Shown here in pieces: positions 49,509 through 63,110 of a stretch of DNA of 64,000 bases. This DNA is from Octopus vulgaris (taxonomy: Eukaryota), in NCBI GenBank assembly GCA_951406725.2, contig OX597815.1, positions 85,126,001 through 85,190,000 on the forward strand, in the 5' to 3' direction. Each line of letters opens with the position of its first letter. Position 1 is the stretch's first letter. The position numbers and the translations under genes were made by a program. Under the pieces are notes generated by a model, which saw only the letters and a list, made by a program, of their open reading frames with translations, had not been told where the DNA came from and ran no database searches.

Positions 49509-50759
49509 CTGTTATAACTCCCAATGGGAATTGAATTATATTAATCTACTGATGGGGCAAACCTGCTATTTTAGCAAATGGAAACTAGCCTTTTCTTTGA
49601 ACTAAGCCTGTAAATGTCAGCTGCTGATATATAATGAGTCTAAATCGACAAACAGGTCTCTTTAGTTCTTTCTTCCTAGGTCTTACCCTCTGTGGTAAGT
49701 GGAAGTTTAATACTCTATAGTGATTGCTATAGAAGAAAATCAACACTAAAAACAACATTAAATGAAAGATAGTGTTCTAGCATGGCCTTTGACATGATAG
49801 CTAAAAGATATTTTTTTTAGGAAGTTTCTTTCTGTAAATATTATTCAGTCTGTCAAAATGAGTGATATTTTCAACTTATTTATTTGTCTTACAATCAGAA
49901 GTTCAAATTTTAGTAGAATGATTCATCTAGTTAGTATAAACAACAATTGACTGTTAAAATAAAAGAAACTTGAATAGAAATACTAAAGCCTAACAAGAAA
50001 ATCACAGAAGATGATCTAACATTTCTATACAGATTTTAAATTGTTAGTACTTGCTTTGCATAGTGGCTATATATGCTACACCACAATAGGAAACGGAAAA
50101 ATTAAAGGCTGCTTAAACATTCAGCATTTACATTATTCTATCAAAAGTAATACTTATTTTATTCATGTTCATCATCATTATCATTTAATGTCCATTTTCC
50201 ATGCTTGCATGGGTTGGATGGCTTGACAGGAACTGGTAAGGTCAGTAGTGGTTCAGTTAGTAGAGCATCAGATTTTGATTCACAGTGTTTTGAATTAATC
50301 ATGCATTACTTTGAGGTATTGAGATTTTGATGAGATAACTGTTAATTTTTAGAATGATATTGTAGGATTGGTATGAGAGGCCAAATCTGGCCAGTTTGAA
50401 CATAAAACAAGTAAAATATGGTCACTTTAAATGCCAAAGTTAGGCAGAAAACATTTGAATAACTGAGAATAAAATTTAAGTCCTGGTATGTTTACTACCT
50501 CAAAATCTTGACAAAATTGAGACCAAAAGAAAATATGTATATTGTCATTTAGTTAATAACCTACCTTTCTTTAGAAAAGTTTATTTTAAGACATGTTTAA
50601 ATTTATACCTGTAAGAAACATAAAAAATATAACTTTTTTTTTATGATTCTGTAACATGGTAAATGGTAAAGATAGGATTAAGTAGTCATCAGTTGGATGT
50701 ATCCTTCTTCATGCCTGAAGATTTTTGACTTTTCAATGCTGCCACACAAACTTAATTAA

Positions 50760-50967
50760 CCCTTCAACATTCAGATTATTCTGTTAAATACAATGCCTTT
50801 TCACGCTGTTTCGAATTAATCATGAATTATCTTGTAGCTTCAAGATTCTGATGATGTGGCATTTTGTTTTTAGAATGACATTGTAATGTGTTAGTAGCCA
50901 GATTTGGCCAGTTTGAACACAAAACAGAGTATTTTGGCTGGATATTGCTGGTTTAAATGCTAAGGAG
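50760..50967. mobile_element. piggyBac-like MITE
   Basis: TTAA on both sides (50756-50759, 50968-50971) and imperfect TIRs CCCTTCAACATT / AATGCTAAGGAG. Further copies at 21160, 23725 and 50270. Confidence 0.75.
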
Positions 50968-53638
50968 TTAAAGGTGACTAGGTGAATTTTTACCAGATGA
51001 ATAGACTGGAACAATGTGAAGTGCTTTGCCCAAGGAAACAGTGTGCCTCTTGGACAGGAAATTTAACCCCTGACTTTATGACCAAGAACCCAATTGCCTA
51101 ATCACTTGGTTATGTGCCTTTTCAGTCTGCTACTCAAGGAACCATCAATAAAAAGTAACTGTTTTTTCAGTTGTTGGTATTTTTCTTAGCAATCATTGCA
51201 TAAAATATCATTGTCATTGAAATGTCAGCAGCAGTATTATTGGTATCTAAAGACCTATATAAGTACACCATTTAATATCTGAAAGAATTTAGATAGTTAA
51301 CAGCTCAAATTAAATTCCATTACCCCACTGAGAATGAGTATTCTAAGAAACTTGTATTGCTTTTGTAAACTTGTCATAAACCCCATACCTAGAATCAACC
51401 AATTATGTGCAACTGAAGCCATGCTGACTTTGATAATGGACTTTTTGTCCTCAGCCTACAATTTGTATGTCACAAACAAGGCACCTGTCATTGAGTTATC
51501 ATCTGTTGTTTTTAATTGAATGACTATTTCCCCTGTTACATTAGATAATATCTTTTTAATATAAGGCAATTTTTAACAAATGATCAAGACTAATTTATTA
51601 CATTGTTTAAATGACTTATCTTTACCCAATCTTCACAGTGGTTGCTTAACTCTCACTAATTTCCTTTCTCTCACTCTACCCCACCAATTTTTGTAGTTTT
51701 CACAATTTAGCAATATTTCTTATTGTTCAAGTAAATGGTGGTTATGGTTGAAAAAACATCCTGCTACTAAGTTATCTCTTTTTTGACCAAAGAAACCTGG
51801 ATCAACTAAGTTACTCTTTGCTACGTGTAGCACAATTTCTGTTTATGTATGGTACTCAGTCATAAACATTCTAGTTCAGACAGCCATGGTCTTATTTTCT
51901 TAGGAGTGTGCTGGCCTACATAGACTTCCTCATTGATTCTATTATTTTAGAGTAATTTGTATATGTTAGAGATCTAAGACATATCCTTTAGATATAGTGG
52001 ATTAACCTGCTGTGAAATCAAGTAAATTTGCCTTTATTACCTGACTATCTTTTTAGTAAATTTACAAACATCAGTTGGACAGATATGGTTATATGAAATT
52101 AATGGATTAGTCAGGATTGCCATACAAACTACTTGAACATCTCCAGTTAGAAGGAAAAATACCCAAAATAGTACTAAAAATGATCCAAGAAGACCTGGGA
52201 AACATTAAGATAACCATTATCAATGTTAAACATCTGGCAAAGAAAACAGATGTGATAGAAAATATGGCTGATGTTTACTGAAGCTAGAGGGGATTAACAG
52301 GAGAACCCCACCCTTTTCTGTCCAAGACTCCCTGCCTAGAGGATTGATAATGATCATGATGTCCATGCTTAGGCTAGAGCAAAAGTTGTGTACCATGATC
52401 TGTTGGCAGCTGTCTCATTAAAATGTGAATATATTCTTAGTTTTATTCTACAATAGACTAGCACACAAACACCATCTCCAGTTTTATTTGAAAAATCTCT
52501 TAGCAATAGTTTTAGATTGTGAAAGTGTCACTTGAGCTAGTTTACAAAACAATACAGACCCTTAGTTAAAAATGTTGACCTGAAATCCAGCACTTAAAAT
52601 TGAGTCTGTGTATTCCCCCTCACCCTTTAAGATTTATTACAAAAATAATCATGACTTTTAAAATAACATCTGTCATTATATGATTGAAATTTTTGTTTTT
52701 ATTTGTTTGGCAAAATTTTGACCCAGTTGACCTTTTCAATATGCTTTTTTTTACATTTTGTTACAAAATTATGAAATTTTTTTTCTGCTTTTGTTTTGGA
52801 TATAATCAAGGTTGTATTTTATTGGTTTCAGTCATTAGACTGTGACCTTATTGGGGGACCATCTCCAATTGTTTTCATCAGATCAACCCGCCTCAGTATT
52901 TAGTCTTTGGAACTTGTCTCTATTTAAGGAAGTAAATACCTTTCAAAGTATTCACATGCACACACACACATACTCTCTCTCTCTTTCATACACTTTCACA
53001 CACTCTCTTACCCTCTCATACACTTTCACACTCTCTCTTACCCTCTCACATTCCCCTTTGTCTCTCCACACATTAACACACACACACACTAGTTGATTCA
53101 ATCAAGGCTTTAGTTGAAGACATTTACCTAATGTACATACTGTGGAGTCAAACCTACCTACACGCTCTTATAAGAGGAGCCATTTTTTTATATTGATATG
53201 GTTGGGTCTGCCTTGCCACATATATTAACTACATTAATTGCACAGTTGGAACAAATATTATCATTAATCAATTGTTCTGACCAATTTCTAAAACCAGTGA
53301 TATGAAAGAACTACTGTGTTCTTTATTCATGTACTATAACCATGCTTTTATAATCCATTTTATTCTATACTGCATTACTTATCCAAGTAAGTCTAAAATG
53401 ATTGTCTTAATTATGACAATCATTAGAATATAGAGACATAATTCTTGTATTGTCAGAGTAACTAAGAACAGTGACATAGTACCAGCCAACTGAATGATGT
53501 AGTACAAAGCAAATTATGTTTAGAAACTATATTCTGATTCATTGAGGAAATATTTTTAAATTTGGCTTTCACATCTGAAGTGGATATCAGATGTCTTAAT
53601 GTAATTGACAGAATATTCTGCATTTAGTGCTGAGTATT

Positions 53639-53986
53639 GTGAAGGTGCATGGGTCAGTGGTTAGAGTGTCGGGCTCACAATTATGAGATAATGAGTTGGA
53701 TTCCTGGGCTGGGCTGTGTACGTTCTTGAGCAAGACACTTTATTTCACATTGCTCCAATTTACTCAGCTGTAGAAATGAGTTGTGATGTCACTGATGCCA
53801 AGCTGTATTGGCCTTTGTCTTTCCCTTCAATAACATTGGTGGCATGGAGAGGGGAGACTAGTATGCATAGGTCACTTTTGGTCTTCCATAAAGAGTCTTG
53901 CCCAGACTTGTGCCTCGGAAGGTAACCTTTTAGATGTAATCCTATAGTCATTCATGACCGAAGGGGGTCTTTACACTTTACCCTTA
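53639..53986 (+). mobile_element. Full-length tRNA-derived SINE family C
   Basis: GGTCAGTGGTTAGAG A box, GAGTTGGATTCC B box, (CTTTAC)n-like tail. Confidence 0.82.
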
Positions 53987-54639
53987 CTCTCAATACTGAA
54001 TATCTTGCATTTGGTCTTATAATCAGAGTCTCTGTCAGTCAGGTTTGACCATGTATTTGCACCTGCATGCAAGTCTCCCCTTCCCATGCCATTGATGTTA
54101 TCCAAAAGAAAGACTTCTGCTTTAAGACCAATACACCTTGCTACTAGTATTATTGCAGGCATTGCTGTCAGAATGCAAAATGCCAGAACAGAAACTGCAA
54201 AGCATCTGAGTCAATGCTCTAGCAGTTTTGCCAATCCATTCCCCTGGGTTGGTACTTTTTTCTGTGTTGGCAAATTGGACACAAGTTTAAATTTCCTTAA
54301 ACTGGTGAGGTCAGTGAAGAGGTCATGACTTTTGCAAAAGAGAATAATAATGAATAACTCTTTGCTAAATAGTTAAATAATAGCTAATTGCCATCTGGTT
54401 GATTGGCATGTTTGAAGTATTACTGCTAACATTGGCCTTATTACAGCTGATGTTCTTGTATTTAACATTGGAAATCCTGTAAATAAATATTACTTGTTCA
54501 ACCTATATTGTAGAGGTAGGTTGAGTTATGTCATTTCAGATAATACAATGGCAATAGTTATATTCTAAATTTAGAAAGAAAGCCCAAACTATGTATTTTA
54601 CACATTGTAGTGTCTAGCATCTATAATACAGCAAGTTGA

Positions 54640-56020
54640 AGATCTTGGGTTAATTGTGATTCTCCTTGCAATTAATAAACAAAAGTTCCCTCAATGAATG
54701 TTTAAAATCTAAAACAGTGACAAGCAGGAGAGATAACTTCAGTGAGAGAAACCAGTCAAAATATTTGGAAATAAACTACGTTAGTGTCATACTGTGTTTC
54801 TTTGTAGATAGAAAAAAAAGACCCCTCCCCTCATATGATTGAAAAGGACCTTGTAAAACCAGCAATATAGTCTATATTATGTATGGAGATGATGATGTTA
54901 AGAAGTTGCAGTATATTCCATTGTCAAATGATATCATCAATAGTTATATTGGCTATATTTTTTGAATTCTTAAAGAGCAAGTGATTTCTATAATAAAAGC
55001 AAGTTGAGATGCTAGTATTCAGCCCAATGAATAAACTGATATTAGTAAAGATATCCAATTTATTGAGGTGACAAAAACACGGAAAGAATTTTGTTCTACA
55101 AAATAATTTTTACTTCAACATTTGAAAACTATGTTTTTGAAATGGTGCTACATATAAAGCACGCATGCCATGCTGGTACCACATTAAAAAACACCCAGTA
55201 CACTCTAAAAAGTGGTTGGCATTAGGAAGGGCATCTAGCCATAGATACAATGCCAAAGCAGACAATTAGAGCCTGGCACAGCTCTCTGGCTTGCCAGCTC
55301 CTGTCAAACTATCCAACCCATGCCAGCATGGAAAATAGACATTAAATGGTGATGACGAGAAAAGGGAATAAGTTGGAGTAAAAGCTTCAGTATATGTATC
55401 AATGATGCATCAGCAATACTTTGAGCGTATCAAGAATTTTGTGGAAAAGTAAAGGAGTTTAATCCTCAAATTAATGTTTTCTTCTGTCTTTTTTTTTTTT
55501 GTATAAAAAAAAAAGCTTGCTTCAAGAAGTTAACCATTAGGATTGTATTTCATAATGTCACTGCTCAAACTATAATCTTTATAAATCCCAAATCTCAACA
55601 GAATCTTTGGTAATTTTTTCTTTGCCAGTCAGATCTAAATATGAATTGCTTATTAAGTTACTCACACTTAATAGGAAAAGTTCTGCAGTGAGTCACATCA
55701 CTATGAAATAAAATGGTCATGTTTTTATCTGAAAATATACTGCTTTGGTTTAAAGACTTTTAGATTCCAAGCAATACTTCAGTTTGTTTTTGTGATATTT
55801 TTCTTGACTGAATGGCTTAAATATCTTTCTACAAGGACATGAGCAAACAATTATTGGCTTGATGAAGAAAATGAATAAATGTATGCATTTAAACAAGAAT
55901 TCAAATTGTGGAATGTAGAAGAAATGTATCTTTTCCAGCAATTTATTGAAAGACTATTCTGATAATAATTTCAATAATGTCCAGAATATAATTTTTAAGC
56001 ATAGTGCAAAATTGATACCA
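54640..56020 (+). mobile_element. Decayed hAT transposase (Charlie/Buster, ZBED5/SCAND3-like), interrupted by an RTE tail at ~55160-55358
   Basis: Broken frames give PHMIEKDLVKPA, VKKLQYIPLSNDII, SIQPNE*TDIS (QLDESTD), GISWSK..ICINDASA (CTDGA), GKVL, DIF..LNGLNIFLQG and FKQEFKLW. Confidence 0.85.
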
Positions 56021-58689
56021 GAGTCTTAAGTGGTTTGCTCTAAATCATATATGATTAATAAATTTTTAGTTAATCATAGACAGAATAGTTCCTATCTCTG
56101 AAGAAGTGTTCTCAAGAAACTTCGTAAAAAATGACAAATATTTAAAAATTAATATAACTTTTTTGCCATTAAAGACACTTGAAATTTAATTATACGTTTG
56201 GTCGATTTGATTAAATACAGATGTCTGTGGATATCAAATGGAAAGTTTTTTTTCCTTTTACTTGAGATGATAATGGCTTAAAGATAGAAGGGTATTGTTG
56301 GTAGATGAAAATATCAAATTTGATATTGAAAACTGTTCGTGTTTACTACCTCCTTCACTGTTAGTGTTTATATCTTTTATTGTTTGGTTGTTGTTTATCC
56401 TCTGGGCAGACCTTTTATCAAAGACATTTTAGCTCTGGTAACCTGGTCTTTCAGGCTTAGGTTATCTCTGGCTGCATTATCCAATATGTTCTCTTTATTT
56501 TTGAAAGATGGCAGGGGTGTTTTGAGGGATTTGACTGCTATTTTTAGTTGGTGGAATGACTTTGGAGAAGTATTGGCCTAATCAATTGCTTTTCTAATTT
56601 AGTGAAAACCTTTTTTTTTTTTATAATTTTTGATTTGGAGTATCAAAAATATGTCATACTGTAATCAACTCTGAATTATGTTACACACACTCTACTCTGA
56701 AATTGTTGACTTTGTGCTTGAATGGGATGGAGAATGATGTACTTCTTTCACCATCAAGTTATTTGATATAGGAAGAGTGTGGTAGCTAAAAGTGTCAAAT
56801 CTGATCAGTTTGAAAAGTCTTCACTCACTGAAAGTAGCAGGCAAAACATAGAACTTAGGTCTAATGTTGTACTTTGTATTAAAATTTATTGATGCTTTGT
56901 ATTTAAGGACTATGGTAGGGGTAATGTTTTTTTAAATGCTGTTAGAGTATTATTGACATGATAAACAATAAGGGACAAAAAAAAAACCCCTGAAAAATTG
57001 TAAATTTGTCACTTGTCGCTCACTACTTCAAAGGTTTTAATTTCTAAGGTGTTAGTCTTAACTGATTTGTTTTGCTTATTCTAGTGTACTTGATCTACTT
57101 TTGTTGCTATCAAAGGTATATAATCTTTGTTTATTCAAATTAAAGAATTTTTTTTTCTCCATAACCATACACAGCGTAAGAAGCTGCTTGACTGTTGTCA
57201 TAAATTTGTCATGTTACTAAACACCGAAAATAGATCACATAAATTTTATATTTCATTTTACATGATTTTTGTGGTTTAACATATATTTTTCCAGCTAACG
57301 CTAGTCAGATGTAGTTGTATAAAAGTAAGTTTTCATAATTTTTACGTTGTTTTCTCTATAACTTATAAGGCTTAACTTCAAGTTCATGAAACAGTATAGA
57401 CTTTTTGTTCTGTACATTAACAAAGAAAACAAAATTGTTAGTCCGTTTGAGTACAACCTGAAGTATTACAGTTTTTTTTTTTTTGTAGCACATGAAATTA
57501 TTTTAATTTGGGAAACTTTATAAACTACAGACCACCACTAATTTATACAAATTCTGTTGCTGAATATTCCAAGACCTGATGTACTTCATTTCAAGTAGTT
57601 GTTGTTTGAACCCAGATCAGCCTTGATCAAATATATTGCTGATCAAAGGTATTTTAGCTATGACCATCACATAAATTTTCTTCTCAGATTCACATAAAAA
57701 AAATGCGGTGTAAATCTATGTTGATATATCAACAAATTGGATCTTGTTCGTTTACTTCTATCTTTTGGTGCTTTACAACTGATATTATTACCTCTGTAGT
57801 GCTCTATTTTATAATATACTTACCTTCACAATTAGCTTTCTACTTCCACTGTGAGTGATACTAGCAACGTATGTTTAAAGTGATATTATACTGGAGTGAG
57901 TTTGATTTCAAGTCTGTTTAACTAGAAAGCTTGCTAATCAGATAGCCTACTTATGAGAGAAAGAGAGAGAACGGGAGGTATGAAGGTCGGTTAAAGAGGT
58001 TATAATAAATAGCTCCACATACACACACTCACATACAACATATCCAGTACTGTTTAAGTTGCACTGACACTTTCTGCTGGGTGTGTATAGAAACCTGTTT
58101 CCAACAATCTGAAAGCACGACATACCACTATACTGTTATTAGGTGCACACCTACACCTATTTTCTTTTTTTTTTCTCACTCTCTCTTTCATTCATTCGTT
58201 TGTTAGAATAAGACTAATCTGTATGATACCCTGAATTATACCAATGACAAATTTTTTATAGGTCTTGGAATAATTTATTTGTTCTGATTAATTCATACCT
58301 GAGAGTATATCAATGAGTATATAAAACTGTTGACAATACCTATGCATCAGCGCACATGTACAATGCTAACATCGATTTTTGTTCGATAAAATATAACACA
58401 ATGTATTCTAAAAATACTCTTCATGGCTGCTAACATGTCCTTCTTGAAAAAGCTAAACTCCATACTGCATATTAAGCTAAATGATATTTTGGTTTACATT
58501 GTTTTGCTAATAATAAAAATAATAATAGAGAGAGAGAAAAAGAGACTTTTATACTTTTGAGTTTTTTGGTTGGCAGGATCAATCATTTATCTTCACTGTG
58601 CATTCTTTGAGGTTGAGGTCTCTGAATTATTCCCTGCAATTTTATACATTTATATTCAAACAAAAGAGGAAAAAAAAAATGAATTCTAA

Positions 58690-58833
58690 GGTGGTGGTTT
58701 GGTAGTCATTAAAATATTGGATAGAATGCCTTAACAGGATTTGTTTTAGTTTTCTGTACCTAAGTTCAAATTCCACAAAGATCAGCTTTACCTTTGATCC
58801 TTTTGAGTTCAATAAATAAGTACCAGTCAACTT

Positions 58834-58865
<32 letters not shown>

Positions 58866-59025
58866 ATACACACAATGGGCTTCTTTGTGTTTCCATCTAC
58901 CAAATCCACTCACAAGGTTTTGGTCAACTGGAGGCTATAGTAAATGACACTTGCCCAAGGTGCCACACAGTTGGGTTGAACTGAGAACCGTGTGGTTGGG
59001 AGCAGACTTCTTGTCATCCAGCCAC
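58690..59025. mobile_element. SINE A (+) and SINE B head (-), facing each other
   Basis: AAGTTCAAATTCC..AATAAGTACCAGT, then CAAATCCACTCACAAGG..GACACTTGCCCAAGGTGCC. Confidence 0.65.
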
Positions 59026-59204
59026 ATGTGTCTTAAATAAATGTTTGACTTAAATTAAGTAGTATTTTGATTATTAATTACAATTTTGTTGATTGATATT
59101 GGATAACTAAGCAGTACTTTTGAATGGACAATAATTATATAACTTTTAAGGTTTGAAATAGTTTCACAAATGAATTATCAAACTAAAATTGTTGCACAAG
59201 AACA

Positions 59205-59700
59205 GCTGCATAAAGAAGTGTCAATCTGTAACTGTGCAGGGAACCTGTGGAAGGGGTGGACCCAGGAAGACTGAGAGGTGGTGAAATATGGTCTTTGGAT
59301 GTTGAGTCTCATGGAAGTGATGACAAGTGACCAAGTCTTGTGGCATTTTGCTGTGCTTGAGAAGACCTGTCAAGCTAAGTGAAATCATAGTTGTAGCCAG
59401 TGTCAGTGACAGATGAAAGGCACCTGTGCCAGTGATGCAGGGAAGACACTCTTGTTGGTGACACGTAAAAGCACCCATGCCGGTGGTACGTAAAAGGCAC
59501 CCATGCCGGTGACATGTAAATGCCAGAGATACATAAAAGACACTCAGTACGCTCTGTGGAGTGGTTGGTGTTAAGAAGGGCATCCAGCTATAGAAACCAA
59601 GCCAAGATAGATTAATTCTTGGTGCTGTTCTCTGGTTTACCAGTTCCAGTCAAACCATCTAACCCATGCCAGCATGGAAAATGGATGTTAAATGATGTTG
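59205..59700 (+). mobile_element. RTE 3' end (ORF terminus plus UTR)
   Basis: KKCQSVTVQGTCGRGGPRKT..AVLEKTCQAK, modules, and tail ATGGATGTTAAATGATG. Confidence 0.8.
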
Positions 59701-61627
59701 ATCTACTTTTCTAAGTCAGCATATGTGACAGATAGGCGTTAGCCGTTTAAATATTTCAATACTGTTGAAGCGATCATTCTGCACAGAAATGTCTTTCACC
59801 TTTAACTGCTCAGCTTGATGTGGGGGTGGTACCCACTATGAACAGAGACATTAACACTGCCTTCTTATGTATGTTCTCTTTTCAAAAATGTCCTATTTTG
59901 TAGGCGTGTGAATGGTTTGTTCACTGTTCTGTAGTAGACCATGACATAAGAAACGTGATCAAGCTGGGCTGATCACTCTGATATTGTTTGAAAACTGGTT
60001 TAGCTAGTTATTGTAAGGCTTTGTGAGTTAGTTATTAATGGGACGATGATATCAAATAATCTGTATGAATGTTAAGTTGACACATAGTACCTTAAGGTGG
60101 TAGATAGCTGAGAGGCATGTCAAAGAAGGCATGTAGTAATGAGGGTTAATGAAAAGTATAGACATTAACAGAAATATAATATAATAATAAGACAGGGTGG
60201 AGCTTAAAGAATGAATTGCAATTTGAAGCTGATAAAAGCATATATTGGGATAAATGGCCTGCGAAATCTTAGTTGTTTTAGTCTATATCTGATTCACAAA
60301 TTGTGATTGCATGAAAATTGTATACTTCTGTTGATACAGTTTGAAATGAAACAAGGAGCGCTCCCCTGGAAAAGACACACACCCTTTGTGTGTGTGTGTG
60401 TGTATCATCATCATCATCATTTAATGTCTGCCTTCCGTGCTGGCATATACATATATATGTATGTATATGTGTACACATACTTCATTCTCCTTAACCTAAC
60501 TGGAATCGGTATAAAACTGATACAATCCCTAGAGATAATTTAGCCAGCAAATTAAGCAAAATTGCAAATAATTGAATGTAACATAGAATTTAATTATTAT
60601 GAATAGCAATATAACAAAAGTAAATTATTTGTATTAAATGGATGGTATTTTCTCTTTGCTGATATAATTTATAACAAATGATATCCTTTGCCACTTTTAC
60701 CTGTGTATGTAGTCACATACAATTAGTTTCGTATGAAATCACTCACCCACACACTCCCACTTCTGGTCCACGAATGTACTCTCGTTTTTGTTCTCCCTCT
60801 CTCTCTCTCTCTTACTTTCTCCCCCTCTCTTACTGTTGTTACAGTGGCCTTTGCTCCTCAGAGCTGACTGGTTTCTTGCCACCTCCACTCAAGTACTCTT
60901 GGCTCACTCGTCTCTTGTTCCATCACCTATAAAGTGCATTGTACCCACTTCCAGGAACTGCATTAACCACTATACTCAATCTTTTAGTTCTCTGGAATTC
61001 TACTCTCTAGGAAAAATATAATTAATAAATTATTGATGTTGCTTATTTCCTTTATCTTTTGAAACTTTTTAAGTTATATATTTATGGGATCATTGAACAA
61101 GATTGAAAAGTATAACCATCCGCAGAAATACAAACCTAGAAGGACTGGGGAAAGTGGTTTGTGAAGGAAATGGAGGTGAACTCAATCTGAATGAGAAATG
61201 GGTGAGTCAAGAATGCCTGAAGAGTCTTTATATAACGCAAGAGACTAGCCAACCCTGTTCATCACATGTCACTAGTGTAGCTCTAGAAAAGGCACACTGG
61301 AGGGTCATTGGGTCCACAAGCCATTATTTGAGGTGTGTTGGTGAACAACTCTCATGCTAATCAAATGAATTTCTAAATTTGTGTGTAAATTTCCTTGCAA
61401 AACAGTGACACTCTTTTGAGATGCTTAAGAATTTCAAACACAAGATGAAAATTTTTTATGTGACATTTAGATTCTATGAGATGTCAAATGAGAGATGATG
61501 TTTTGCACTACTTTGATACATCATTTGTTAAGGTTATTTCTACAGATATTCTATACAAATTATACCCAGCACTGATTTTTGCTACCACGTTTCATATACG
61601 AGATGTTAGATGTATACAAATAATGAT

Positions 61628-62115
61628 ATCATCATCATTGTTTAACATCTGCTTTCCATGCTGGCATGGGTTGGATAGTTTAACTGAGGACTGGCAAGCC
61701 AGCAGCTGCACCAGGCTCCAGTCTGATCTGGCAAGGTTTCTACAGCTGGATGCCTTTCTTAACGCCAACCACTCCGAGAGTGTAGTGGGTACAATCAGGC
61801 AGCACTGGTATCAACTGTGCTCAGATGGTGCTTTTTACTTGCCACCAGCATGCGAGCCAGTCAGGCAGCACTGGTATTGACCACATTTGACTGGTGCTTT
61901 TTATGTGCTGCCGGCATGAGAGCCAGTTAGGCAGCACTGGCATCGACCACACTCGAATGGTACTTTTTATGTGTCACCATCCACTGGCATCAGTAATGCT
62001 CAGATGCTGCTTTTTACTTGCCACCAGCATGGGTGCCAGTCAAGCAGCGCTGGCATTGGCCATGAAAACGATTTCACTTGACTCAACAGGTCTTCTCAAC
62101 CACAGCATATTGCCC
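61628..62115 (-). mobile_element. RTE 3' end with tandem modules
   Basis: Colinear with 12465-12995. Confidence 0.8.
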
Positions 62116-62398
62116 AAGATGAAAAATGGATAATGGTCATATGTGCCATATTTCAGGGAGTTTTTCCCCTTCATCAGCACCCATCTAACCCATTAATCAT
62201 TTTTGAACACATTGCTTAAATAGCCACTATATATATAGTGGTGAATGCTCCTGGAAGCTGGTAGTATGTAAATACTAATGATTTGTAGGCACATGGTATG
62301 TCATAACGCAATCATAATATACTATAAAGTATAGCAAATGTTTTTATGAGTCAGTACCGTGTTCTACTGCATTATGCCCATCACCCATTTTTCATCTT
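62116..62398. mobile_element. Element with ~30-bp inverted termini and two opposed hammerhead relics (inverted Penelope-type pLTRs)
   Basis: AAGATGAAAAATGG / CCATTTTTCATCTT termini. Minus-strand GTG-CTGATGA-AGGGG-aaaaac-TCCCT-GAAA at 62143-62182. Confidence 0.6.
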
Positions 62399-62519
62399 TC
62401 ATCTCATTGTTTGTTTACATCTGATGTCATCTCGTATATGAAACGTAATAGCAAAAATCAGTGTTAGTTATAATTTCTATAGAATATCTGTAGTAATAAC
62501 CTGAACAAATAATGTAAAG

Positions 62520-63110
62520 TGCAATGACAAGAGACCAAGACCTTTGGAGATATGTTGTGATTAAGAAGACCTGGCAACTAAAGTGAGATCGCAGCTATGG
62601 TTGATGCCAGTGTTGCATGTCTGGTCCATTTAAAAGTACTCTTGATGCATTGGGCGATATGATATGCTTGAGAAAACCTGTTGAGTCAACTAAAACCAAA
62701 ATCGTAGCTGTGGCCAATGCCCCCTGACTGGCTCCTATTCCAGTGGCATGTAAAATGCATCATCCGAACATGGTCGATGCCAGCACCTCCTGACTGGCTC
62801 CTGTGCTGGTAACATGTAAAATGCACCATCCAAATGTGGTCGATGCCAGGTCCGCCTGAGTGGCTCCCATGCCGGTGACAGATAAAAAGTATTATCCAAA
62901 TGTGATTGATGCCAGGCTCATCTGACTGGCTCCTGTGCCAGTGGCATGTAAAAAGTACCCACTACACTCTCAGAGAGGTTGGCGTTAGGAAAGGATTCAG
63001 CTGTAGAAACATTGCCAGATCAGTTTGGAGCCTGGTGCAGCTACTGGCTTTCCAGACCTCAGTCAAACTGTCCGACTGATGCTAGCATAGAAAGACGTTA
63101 AATGATGGTG
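62520..63110 (+). mobile_element. RTE 3' end with tandem modules
   Basis: ORF terminus (..DLWRYVVIKKTWQLK*), about five modules, tail GACGTTAAATGATG. Confidence 0.8.
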
